Below, one piece after another: positions 1 through 10,618 of a stretch of DNA of 64,000 bases. Source of the DNA: Obrimoposthia wandeli (Eukaryota); assembly GCA_977020255.1 (NCBI GenBank), contig CDROCS010001625.1, positions 744,001-808,000 on the forward strand, read 5' to 3'. Numbering within the stretch: the stretch's first letter is position 1; each line of letters begins with the position of its first letter. Made by a program: the position numbers and the translations under genes. The notes under the pieces are model-generated. The model was not told the origin of the DNA, did not search any database, and worked only from the letters and a program-made list of their open reading frames with translations.

Positions 1-3000
1 TAACACTATTCTTCATTATTGCATCTAAATTTCAATAAAATACTTCAAACATTATCTTTAAAAAAATAGCATACCTAGCTTTGATTTTAATTGAAGGAAT
101 GTAGAAGGAATAGATAAAATGCTTAAATATTGGTTTTGGAACGATAATATTGATGACTTCGATAAAACTCTCTTTGAAAATAACTTATTTACTATGTATT
201 AATGAAATCGTTAATTTTCATTCAATGTCTTAATATTAATTGATTAAAAGTATTTTTTTAATGTCTAATGAAGATAGAATCCATTTATATGAACCAAAAC
301 TATTAATAATAATCATAAAGATTTCACCCGATTTTTTATAAAAATATGATGACTTTATCAATACTCAGAAGTTGTTTCTTTAAGTTTTCCTTAATACCTA
401 TTGACTTATAAGTAGCTATTTACAACATCATTGATTATTTTCAACTATAAAATCAATAATTGGGAATATGCACACTAATCGTTATTACTCAATATCTAAC
501 CTAAACCTCTAGCTTCTAATACTCTAATTCTAATATTCTAATTCTAACACTAACATCATTTATCAAAATATATGCGAAAAATTTACAAGAAGATGGTAAA
601 AGTTTGAATAATATCTCTGCTTTTGTAAAATTGTCTTCGTTATGACCGAAATATGAGTAAAATACTTATGATTAATTTTTGGTATAACTCGCTTTGAAGC
701 AGTATAAAGCTGAAATTCAATATGATCGCTTATATCATAATCTTAAATGAAATGACCGGAATTTTGATAAAATACGATTTCACTACAGTTTTAGAACAGT
801 AGTCTTATTTCCCTTCTAAACCACCTAAATATCTTCTAACTCACATTAAATTTCCTTTCAAAGTAAAATATATCCTATATTTTTTCTTTTGAATCCTACT
901 AACCTTATATACATCGCTTTTATTTTCATTCAATCTAGCTATCTAGGCTATATTTACCAAAACCTCCTAAACATCCCTGCTAAATCTTTTCTAAACCCTT
1001 CAAAGCTTTAATCTGAACCATCTAAACAAAATCGTTAAATTTCCCTCTAAAGTCATCTAATTTCTTCTTTTGAAACCTCTTGAACTTCCTGTTAAATCTC
1101 CCTCTAAATTCCTTTAATTTCTTCTGTAACCTCCCCATATAAATTCTCCTCTGAACCAATTTAAGTTATATTTCCTCTTCTGAAACCTCTTGAAATATCC
1201 GTTAAATCCTCCTTTTATCTCCTTTAAGGATATATTTTCTCTTCTGAACTCCTCGGTTAAATTCTCTTTGGAACCCTTTAATTTCCCCTATGAACAAATT
1301 TTAATTTCTTTTTTCTGAAACTTCCTAAATACTCTTTTTAAATACTTCTCTAAACGCCTTTTAAGGCTATATTTTCTGATACTTCCTAAACATTCCTGCT
1401 TAATCTTTTCTAAACCCTTCAAATATATAATATATCTTCTGAAACCTTTTGAACACTTTTTCAATTTGTCTTTTATAACCATTCTATGCATTAATATTTC
1501 TTCTATAACCTTCTAAATACCTCGTAAATTTCCTCTTCTATGTAATAAACTTCCTAAATTCCATTCCTAAATCTCTTAAATAAATCACATCAATTTCACT
1601 TCATAATTCAATCTAGACTATATTTTTGATACCTCCTAAAAGTATCGTTAATTTCTCCTCTGAACCGCTACTTATCTTTCTATGTATTAATTACTCTTCT
1701 ATAGAACCTTTTGAACAAATCGTGAGTTTCTCTTCTAAAACTCTATCCATTATTTTCTATTCTTAAACCTTATAAACACCCATGTCATATCTCATTTAAA
1801 TGTAACAAATCTCATGCATCTTCTTAATTTCTCTTATAGAACCTTTTATGTATAATTTCTTTACTAAACCGATTTATTTGAAGTAATAAATCAACTGGTT
1901 GTTGATGTTTGAAAATAAGTTTCCATAATATTGATAACATCAATAAGCTTGTAGAGTTTTGCAAGAATTTTCTTGTTTGATATATCGATCAATAAAAAAT
2001 TATGTTTTTAGAATATAGTTATCAATAGACTCAAGTAATATGAATAAATTATGACTGAGATAAATACATACTCTAAACATTATTGAATAAATTATATCAA
2101 TAAATGATACTTGAAAATAATTTTAGGTTTAAATGAATCGAAAGAGAGAATATAATTTAATCCATTTCTAGTCCTGATGTAATAATTTCTAAACAAAATG
2201 TTCCAATATAGTATTGATAATTTAATTAATTATTTATTACATAGATTAATTTCCTTAAATAAGCTAATCTTCAAACAATATTCTTTGAAACTAATCATTT
2301 TTTAGTAACAAAACTTTTACAGATTCTTTTACAAAAAAACTTTTTAAAAGAAAGTAGAGAACGTTTTAGATTTAATGAATCATTTTGAAAATTTAATAAA
2401 ATTCTTAGTTAAAGATGCAGATTAGTAATATACTCTTGATTGTAAATTGACTAATTGATCAAAGTAATCTCTCTAATTATCCGTATAATTGTCCGTAATA
2501 AACTCTCACTTATTGATCATTATATACTCTCTTCAAATTATATCTTTATTACACGGAGGAATCCTTTAAATATGTTGAAGATAAATCTAATTAGTGCATT
2601 TACCATATAAGAAACCATGAAAACCTTATTGACGCGCTGGCACATAAGAATCGTCAGTAAATACAACTTATTTGTTCTGAAAGTAATTTTGTCCTTAAAC
2701 TAAAATCAAAGAAAATTTATAGAAATATGGGTAAATTCATTGAAAAATGATCAATTATTTGCATTATAATTTGCATTATTCTAAAAATCCTTGGTAAATG
2801 TATTTTCTAATCTATAAATTGACTGAAAATCGAACTTTCTAATTCGAAATTTACATTATTCAGAAAAATTACACAGTAAATTCATTTGTCAACTAAAATC
2901 CTTATAAATGATATAAGATTCAACTTTGCATCTTAATTTACATTATTCTGAAATATACACGATATAAAGTATTCTAAATCCATAAATATAAACATAAAAT

Positions 3001-3033
3001 GATTAAAAATTGAACTTTTTAATACCAAATTAG
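1..3033. other. Unassigned decayed block (partial copy of 57736-61585)
   Basis: No intact ORF and no family motif recognised; contains a degenerate internal repeat. Confidence 0.6.
940..1740 (-). repeat. Degenerate repeat, possibly a decayed protein-repeat region
   Basis: Recurrent TTCTGAAACCTCTTGAA-like motif; minus-strand translations EFRGRFNRKFKRFQK, KGGFNGYFKRFQK, FRGEINDTFRRYQK, RRETHDLFKRFYRR. Also at about 59490-60295. Confidence 0.6.
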
Positions 3034-3125
3034 AATTTTTTTCTAAAGTGTCATAATGTAGACGTGCAAGCTACACTGTTGTCTGCAATGATTTCAGATG
3101 GATTATTAGACACATCAAAATTTTC
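3034..3125 (+). pseudogene. Short stub of pPolB lineage-2 C-terminal region, cut by deletion
   Basis: NFFLKCHNVDVQATLLSAMISDGLLDTSKF, nearly identical to 61586-61677. ORF 3064..3249 is a chimera with antisense penton sequence. Confidence 0.85.
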
Positions 3126-3126
3126 C

Positions 3127-3562
3127 GTTATCCATAATTCCGAAACCACATATTTTCCTTTATCAGATTTATTTGGAAATCCATACTGTTCTGCAATAAT
3201 CTCATCATTAAAAACTTCTTCAAAATTATCCCCTTGCTCCGCAATTTGAATTTTATTTTCTTTATTTAAAAGGTTGTGAAATCATCCCCTGCTTTAATAC
3301 GCTTCAAATCTAATCATCTCATATCAAATAGTAAAGTCATATTAGTTACTTTATCAGCTTCTTTTTGAGTTATATATTCAATCTCAGTTTCACTTTGAAT
3401 TGATAGAGGAGAGAAATTGAAAGAAAATTCCGTTAGTGCAGCTTCCCAAGCACCCAGTAAATTGATTGAGCTTTGATAATCAATACTAAAATTATTTGCA
3501 GTATTTTCCGGCTGAGTTAATGGTGAACCATCACTGGGTAATACAACATACATTGAACTCAT
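3127..3562 (-). pseudogene. Polinton/adintovirus minor capsid (penton-like) gene, 5' part
   Basis: MSSMYVVLPSDGS...NTANNFSIDY...LLGAWEAALTEFSF fits the Maverick minor-capsid N-terminal pattern (LPSxxS...NT..F...L.G.WE..L.E); lies directly downstream of the integrase; a stop and a frameshift follow codon about 82. Confidence 0.75.
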
Positions 3563-4654
3563 TCTGTTTGAGAAGCTAATATCCAACTAGGTTCAGTATA
3601 TCCGTGCCACTTAACTCGATATTATTTATGCTTTCCTCTCCCTTTTGTTTCTAAGATTTCATGAATTCTATATACATTTTGTTTTCAGTTAATACTTGTA
3701 ATTCTGCATGATAAAATTTACCGGTGATTTCATTATTGGTTTCATCCTCAATGAAATACATTACTGGTACATGTTTTTTTATCGATTTTAATTATACAAA
3801 ATACTTCATCACTCCAATTCTCTTTGAAATTCTTTATAAAAGGAGTAGTACTAATTTGAGAAATACGTACATAATCACCAATTTTTATACTTCGGTTTCT
3901 TTACAACTTGACTTTGATTAGCATTCCATAGCATTCTCATTTGTAACATAAACCGGTCTCTTTCCTTCTTATGATGAGTGTTCACTATGATTGTATGCAT
4001 GTATTATTTGAGATAAAACCGTGATCCAGGTCTTATTTCCCTGCTTAGTGAAATACTTTTTAAATCGATCTCTAAATGCTCGATTAAAACGTTCAACTAA
4101 AGAAGCTTTATATTGAGAAAATACTGAATAATGATTAATATTATGTTTTTTCAATAATGTACTAACATGTTTATTAAAAAACTCCTTTCCATTATCTGTT
4201 TGGAAATTTGCTGGTTTTATTCCTTTAATTATTTGCTTCATTGTCTCTAAAACCTCAGTACCGGACTTAGACGTTAATGGAATTGTTCTCGCGAATCTAC
4301 TAAAGACATCAATACAAGTTAAAATACATCGAAGAACGTCGTTAAAATTTGCATACGGAATCATTTCCATCAAATCTTCTTGCCATAAATCATTCGGGCC
4401 GCTCGTTTTGTATGATCTCGTTGGGAATCGACACCTCATCGGTTTGTTTAAGATGTAAGCTAATTGATTTCTCAACCATATTTGAGTTTCCCTTTCCTTT
4501 TCTTTGTCTCTTTTGTTAATTTTAAACTTTTGTGTAACCAACGGGATGACTTGGATCGAACCATATTTTCTCTATTACAAGACAATTTTATTTTTATATT
4601 TAATTTAAGAATAGATGGAAGTAAACCCATATAAAATTCATAATTTTGATTCAA
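3559..4654 (-). pseudogene. Polinton c-integrase (rve core plus chromo-like C-terminus), disrupted
   Basis: WQEDL...LTCIDVFSRF, FQTDNGKEF, ASLVERFNR (DDE core); downstream VRISQ...NWSDEVF and YRVKWHGY...SWI; several stops and frameshifts. Confidence 0.93.
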
Positions 4655-4679
4655 ATTTATATTTATAATACTCGTTTTA

Positions 4680-4996
4680 TTAGTCTACTAGCAAGTATAC
4701 TATCGAGCTAACAATCAGTACTAGAAATTTTAAAAATCCTTCAATTTGTTTATTCAGCAACTTACGTTTACCGACTCATATTTTAGAACGAAACAAAGTC
4801 AGTAAAGGTTTCTTATGTCGATTCATATTAGTCTTAGCAGATACTTTACCAGAAACTATTTTCTGTACCATATTAAGAACATCATCTATTACAAAAGTAG
4901 GAAATGATTTAAGAATAGTTTGGCGGCGAATAGCAGGTGCACACATAAGAGAATTGCAATAAGCAATACTCCTTGATTTCTTATTATGAGTACCAT
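4680..4996 (-). pseudogene. Small basic Maverick protein with amphipathic C-terminus (QxGGFL-type), disrupted
   Basis: Reconstructed MVLIIRNQGVLL/..MCAPAIRRQTILKS...HKKPLLTLFRSKI*VGKRKLLNKQIEGFLKFLVLIVSSIVYLLVD*; sits between ATPase and integrase as in many Mavericks. Confidence 0.6.
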
Positions 4997-5092
4997 TCTT
5001 TTCTGATTTGATTTTCGAGCTACCATTTTCCTTGCACTTAAAACTGATTTAATCAATTTCTTAACTTCAGTATCTGGTTTCTTTGATTGTTT

Positions 5093-5525
5093 TTAGACGG
5101 TAACTCCCGATGTATTGAATATATCGGTTCTAACTCTAATGTCATCAGGACAATCTTGGTTGAAATCAATTAAAATGTACCCGTAAAGAGCACTAATTGC
5201 ATCTTGAAATGAATCAATTAGATAATTTATATTATTCGGGAAAGCTTTCCATGAAACAAAATCTACAACAGTCTGATCACGCGGATTCTTGAAGAGAACA
5301 AGGTAATGTACATTTAAATTACGAGTTCTATGATTCCCATCCTGATGAAATAGATTTTGTGGGATTAAAATAACAGTTACTTCACGATGTCTTGCTATTT
5401 TAGTGAATAAATTATTGAAATCATTCTCTTTATTTGCTTCTTGATATAAATCATCAATAACAATAACATCATCACGTTGTAATCGCTCAGACAAATGATC
5501 ATCAAATCCATTATGACTTTTATAT
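5093..5525 (-). pseudogene. Polinton packaging ATPase (FtsK/A32-like), C-terminal half only
   Basis: VIVIDDL (Walker B), LFTKIARHREVTVILIPQNLF, NVHYLVLFKNPRDQ, YGYILIDF; Walker A region absent (junction near 5525). Confidence 0.9.
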
Positions 5526-5527
5526 TT

Positions 5528-6320
5528 TTTATTTTCTTAAACTCTTTACTGGTTAAGTTGTAAGGCTGCTGTTTTCGATGATGATTTTATTGTTATTAGA
5601 ACATTCAAGTTAAATAATTGTATTGAAAAGTACTCAGAATTGAGTAGTGGTTGGTCAATCCATAAAACATTACAAATTTCCTTTAAATGAACTAAATTAT
5701 CCAGTGTTTTGGGTTCTTCATACCAACACCACTTAAATGATTAAACACAATGGCAATAATCAATGTACAAACAGCAATAATAAATGTTTACTATATGCTA
5801 TCTTTAGTGTGGTAAAATATAATGAAGTTTTTCGTAGATATCGACCAACTTCTTATGAAAGATATTTAAATGAGTTAATATGTCAGCCGGATCCTATGTC
5901 CTTAGCCTCAATTCCTTAATTTGAACGTGATAACTAAATAGCAATTACAGTTTTTAAGTATTCTGAAATTAAATGTAAATACCCGATTAAAGATGTGGTG
6001 AAAAATCCTAATGTTAGTATAATTTACTGAACAAAACTACGGGATTGTAATCAAATTGCTAATTTTCTTTTGTTAGAAGACCATACCACTTATAATTATT
6101 GTAGTGTTCCTAATTTAAATATATTATTTAATTGTCATAGTTCTGGTTTACGACTTTACTGGTGTCCGAAATGTCTTTTTGGTTTTCAAAATGGGGCTTC
6201 TTATGATAAACATAGAACACTTTGTAATTTTAATACTGATACTACAACTTTATTCACTATGCCAGATAATAAATATTGTTAATTCACAGATTAGTCAAAA
6301 TCAGTTCAACCTCCTCATAG
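5528..6320 (+). pseudogene. N-terminal fragment of a second pPolB, opposite orientation to its neighbours
   Basis: WLSCKAAVFDDDF...KYSELSSGW, NNKCLLYAI, WCPKCLFGF...HRTLC aligns with WVISHKATVFYDNF...NYSELSSGW, DNLCFLYSV, WCHRCLHGF...HLTLC at 54750-55500; ends just before the Exo I motif. Confidence 0.85.
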
Positions 6321-6434
6321 AACCTGATCTGTTGCATCAATGATTCTTAAAACATCCTTTTCAGTAACAATTTTCGAGATGAAGCTCTTCGCCCCTTTGT
6401 TAACATATTGCTTGAAATAATTGGGAGTAGACAT
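6315..6434 (-). CDS. Small ORF of unknown function, probably truncated viral accessory gene
   Basis: MSTPNYFKQYVNKGAKSFISKIVTEKDVLRIIDATDQVL*; protein-like composition, co-oriented with the phosphatase, ends at the PolB-fragment junction. Confidence 0.3.
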   Translation of the reverse strand: MSTPNYFKQYVNKGAKSFISKIVTEKDVLRIIDATDQVL

Positions 6435-6528
6435 AATAATGAAGTAGAAATAAAAAGTAATCTGTTTATATACTATACAATTAAAATATGATTGGCTGCT
6501 GATTAAAAAAGATACTGACTCATAAAAT

Positions 6529-6939
6529 TTACATATGATAACGATTAAATATACGTATTTGATTAAGCATAGCTTCATTAAGAGCAACAATAATACTTTC
6601 AGCTTTAATAAGATTGGAAGCCCCAGTAACACCCATTGAAGGAGAAAAAATGCAATAACTATGCAAGCAGCATGTAAATTACCATAATAACCACACACTA
6701 AAATCTTACCACCATTTTGATAGTTTCATTAATTATATTATTAGTCTGTGTATAATATTTCATTATTTTCTCCTTATTTTGAGTTTACAAAAACATAAGT
6801 ATATTTTAATTTTGATAAAATATTTTATCCACTTAAGATATATTGATTACATAAGTGAATTTGATTTCAAAGGTTTAGCTTCATCAAAAGCATCTCGATA
6901 ATTACCAATATATAATTGATTTACTAAAATCTCTCTCAT
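6529..6939 (-). pseudogene. Dual-specificity protein phosphatase (DSP/VH1-like) pseudogene
   Basis: Reconstruction over 3 frameshifts and 3 stops: MREILVNQLYIGNYRDAFDEAKPL/EIKFTYVINIS*...KYYTQTNNIINET/QNGGKILVCGYYGNLHAACIVIAFFLLQ/MGVTGASNLIKAESIIVALNEAMLNQIRIF; colinear with the DSP pattern LYLGN..A...ITHVIN...GGKVLVHCxxGxSRSA..VIAYLM...NxGFxxQL. Confidence 0.8.
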
Positions 6940-8007
6940 TTTTGTTTAATTTTTCTACATTAAGTTGACTAAATCTAGCACTTAACCAACAATGAAAAAG
7001 ATGGGTCATGTGGTTCATTTCCATACGGGAAGCATGAGCTATTATGGGTTCCATGAAAGCCAAAGCATTTAAAAAACAACCCATTATTCTAGATTTTCCT
7101 AAATTATATTAAAACTTAAATGTAAAATAAATGATCAGATTTGAAAATTATAATATAATCTTCACACTTTAGTCGGTACTGGTGCGGCTTCAAAATGTAA
7201 AATGGTAAGTGTTGAATGTCGCTTACAACAAATCCCCTATAACTAATATTCACCAATTTGATATTGTGAAGTAATATTTCTGATTATTTTTATAATAATA
7301 TTAATAATGAATTGAAACTAAAATATTTCTCTATATACTCTTCCCAGATTAATTAATTTTATTGATGCAGTAAAACAAATTTTTTTCATTTAACTATGGA
7401 TAGTATAATAACATTTTGAATTAAATAAAATGAATATGATATATAATAACCTAGATAAATTGCCCTAATTAAATTTATATTATACATTATTTTAATTAAT
7501 TGACTTTTGTTTCAATAATCTAATTATGAAATTGATGTATTTAAACAAAAAGTCTTTATGATGAATAGTTCTTTTGTTACACACTTATTGGAAAAAATCT
7601 TTAACTAAATTTAGGAATATATATTATACTTATTTTTATAAGTAATTATTTTTGAAGAAAATAATTTTTGGAAAAAATATAAAAAGGTTTTCATCTACAA
7701 TTATTTTGGTAAAAATGATGTACAAGTGATTTAACATTTTTTTAATTATGGCACCAAATTTATTTTAAACATTCAACAAAATTTAATATATTTTTTTTAA
7801 ACTTTTAGGAAAAAATAAGGTTTTTTACCACTGAAGGTCCACATTCGAAGGTCCATTCAAGGTTTATCTATATCATCAAAAAGTATAAATTTTTAAATTG
7901 TTTGAAGGTTTTTGATCCTCGAAAGTTCAAACTCTTAAGTATCTTTTAGTAAAGACTGCATGTTAATAGGATGTCCTTTCAAAGTACTTGTCTAATATAG
8001 TAGATTT

Positions 8008-8196
8008 CGAATGTCAACGAATGTCAGCGAATACGTACGAATGTCGTTTGATGGATAATGACTCATCGATGAGTCATCATCCGTAACCGATGACATCATC
8101 GTCCTTTGAAATGAGTCACACTATAAGAGGAACAAAGACACCTATCCGTCGAACAGCTACTCTCTGCGTTGAACGTCTACTCTCGGGGTGGGGGGT
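8008..8196. other. Candidate Maverick terminal region
   Basis: 10-bp CGAATGTCAA-type repeat x4 (8008-8047), palindrome 8058-8077, CTACTCTC twice (8157, 8177) and a G-run; the same octamer occurs at 63038-63045. Confidence 0.45.
8058..8128. promoter_or_regulatory. Cluster of three AP-1 consensus sites and a TATA-like motif
   Basis: TGACTCA 8059-8065, TGAGTCA 8070-8076, TGAGTCA 8112-8118, TATAAGA 8122-8128. Confidence 0.4.
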
Positions 8197-8299
8197 CAAA
8201 TGTTATTGTTCCGAAAGACACTCATCACCATACTACAGTAAAAAGGGAAATGTAATATTTTGAAGAACAAAATATTCCAGAAAATTTTTAAATATTGTC

Positions 8300-8770
8300 C
8301 TAAAATATATTTCAACTGTTCAAGTAACTAGCGTTGAGTCGAAACGAGCTTTTTCTGAAGACGAGCCACCAAAGTCCGATCGATTTTAAGAGACGAAAGT
8401 TTGGATATTATGTTTTATTACGAGCTCATTTAAATAAAGTAAAAGAGCTAAATCTATAGAATATAAATAAGTTTATATTGTTTTATAAATTCATTTTATT
8501 TTGTATTGTGTATTTTTTATTATACGTTTAGTTTGTAATATGTTTATTTTTGTTATTTATGTTTTGTAATTAAAAATTGAAATAAGTGATTTTTTCTTTG
8601 AATAAATATATTTGGAATTATTAGTTTGCTTTCTTACTTATTCATTCTTTTTTTTCTAATATTTTTCGCTTTTATACTATATATTTAAGTTTTATTACAG
8701 ATTACTAGAAACTTACCAGTTAACCGATTTTTACCAGAAAATTTACCGAAAATCGGTATTTTATAATTCT
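8300..8770 (+). mobile_element. hAT transposon 3' remnant
   Basis: VTSVESKRAFS resembles the hAT dimerisation motif TSVxSERAFS, followed by LRDESLD; subterminal ACCGA-type repeats near 8715-8765. Boundaries approximate. Confidence 0.6.
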
Positions 8771-10532
8771 TGTAAATTTGTGACTCCTAGTAATAAGTGT
8801 AGCGAATTATTATTGCATAAATATAATATGTAAAAATTTATTTATTGTATCGGAACACTTAAACAAAATATTTTATTGTAATTTTTTATTCTAATGAATC
8901 TTATATTTTTGTTGTTTAAGATTTATTTGGATAAATTAATAAATGATTAAATTTTGCATAATATTCGTAAATTATCATGTTGAGAAAACAACGATATTTA
9001 TACATTACTTAAAGATGACAACAGAGTTCAGAAGTTCAGTACAAAATGCATGAGGTCCTAAAAGGGACAGTTAAAATAAAACAAGAAATAAAATGGTCTT
9101 TATTTATAGTCCTGGTCAAGAACATGTTAGAGAACGAATATTAAATTAAAATTATGAGTTTAATATAAAAACTAATATTGAGACAAAGGGCAGAGTTTAA
9201 TAAAGTCGATTAACCTCAGGTCACCTCCAAAGCACGTATAAGAGAGATTTACCTGAGACAACGACGAATGAGTTCATAGTCTGCTAGGACAAAGAGAAAA
9301 AATTTGACGCTATGAATAATAAAAGTGAATAATTATTCAATTATAATCAGAATTTTGATGTTGTAGAAGAACACATGCCATGAAGCAACGTTTACAATTA
9401 GAAGACGATTAATCAAGCCACAGAAACCGTTGTGTGGAGCTGTACACAAGTAGAAGTCACGAAGGATGGGAGCAGTGAATGTTTAGGTAATTAATAGATC
9501 GACACGGAAAGAATGACTTACAAAGAAAATAATTGATGACACTCACTCAAAATTCTGAAAAATCAATTTTTCTAACAGTTGGAATCGAACCATGAAGGCG
9601 CGTGAGATTATTAATTTTGTGTTGAATTTGTTCCCCTTATTTAGACTAAAATCACTTTTTTAAATCAAAATATAAACTAAACAATTTCAAGTATCTTATT
9701 TGGCATTTCTTGCTATGTCAATAATAAATACAGATTAGTGTTTTTGATGGTATTCAGTTTTGGTAGTCCACCAAAGATGAATATTTCAAACAACAAAATA
9801 AAACAACTTGAAAAAATGTTTGGTTATAATTTAAAAACCTTGTCAACAACATTTTAAAATTTATATGCAAAATTTTTTTATCATAACTATTGGAGAGTTG
9901 GAGCAACTAGCATCAAGTTGCCTTTTCAGAATGTCCGTCTTCTTAACTTTTCAGAAACCTTTGATGACGTCAGTAATGAGAAAAGTGAACGATCCCATAG
10001 TCAGAATAAAAATATCAGAGTTAATATAATGTATATATGATAGCCGACGATTTTTTGAACATCAAGCGAGATTGTGATTGAACACTGAAAAAAAGTGTAA
10101 TTTTTTACTTGCACACAATTAGATTTACATAAACAATATATTTTGCATGACCAAATAAGTTAAGAAATATTACAATTAAGTCAAATTTTCCCTTGTATGT
10201 AAATTTATAAAGTAATCGCAAATTTGTAATATATTGTATTATTTATTGTATTTGAGATAGATGGTGATTATTCAGTAGCTAAAAACGTTGATTAGAGTAA
10301 TGTTTTGATTCGAATGCCAAAAGTTAGACAAAATAAGTGCATTTAATTAACTCAACAAAATTTGTGTTATTTCAATTAATAAAATAAAATTTGAAAAAAC
10401 AGCCGATCATATGAATTTTCTAAATATATATATGTATTATTTTCACTTGTTTAAATAAATAAATTTCAGCAACTTCCTTTCACACTTTTTTGACTAACAT
10501 CCTTTTTACGTAAATATTTTGCAATTGAAATT

Positions 10533-10618
10533 ATGGCATCAAAGGATACAACAACAAGTATTTATTTTCTTTTTCTATGATATAATATATTTAGCTAATG
10601 AAAACGAGGAACCAGTTA
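10533..10618 (+). CDS. Candidate first two exons of the host coiled-coil gene
   Basis: ATG 10533, exon 10533-10557, 37-nt GT-AG intron, exon from 10595: MASKDTTTTNENEEPV; link to downstream exons not established. Confidence 0.3.

Larger units (their letters stand above)
1..4028 (+). repeat. Left copy of a long direct (segmental) duplication, matching 58556-64000
   Basis: Position 1 TAACACTATTCTTCATTATTGC equals 58556; 1-3125 is colinear with 58556-61677 and 3127-4028 with 63099-64000, with only scattered substitutions and small indels. Confidence 0.97.

Noticed and set aside
1890-1990. DVINIMETYF as a LINE apurinic endonuclease motif
   Set aside because: No further endonuclease or RT motifs found downstream.
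3064-3249. 61-aa ORF as a new gene
   Set aside because: Chimera created by the deletion junction (PolB stub plus antisense penton).
6660-6720. NGGKILVCG as a GmhA/SIS sugar isomerase motif
   Set aside because: Upstream LYIGN and YVINIS and downstream NEAMLNQIRIF fit a DSP over the full length; the SIS similarity is local only.
3127-8196. Major capsid protein and cysteine protease genes of the Maverick
   Set aside because: Searched for by eye in both Maverick regions and not found; no intact or autonomous element is supported.
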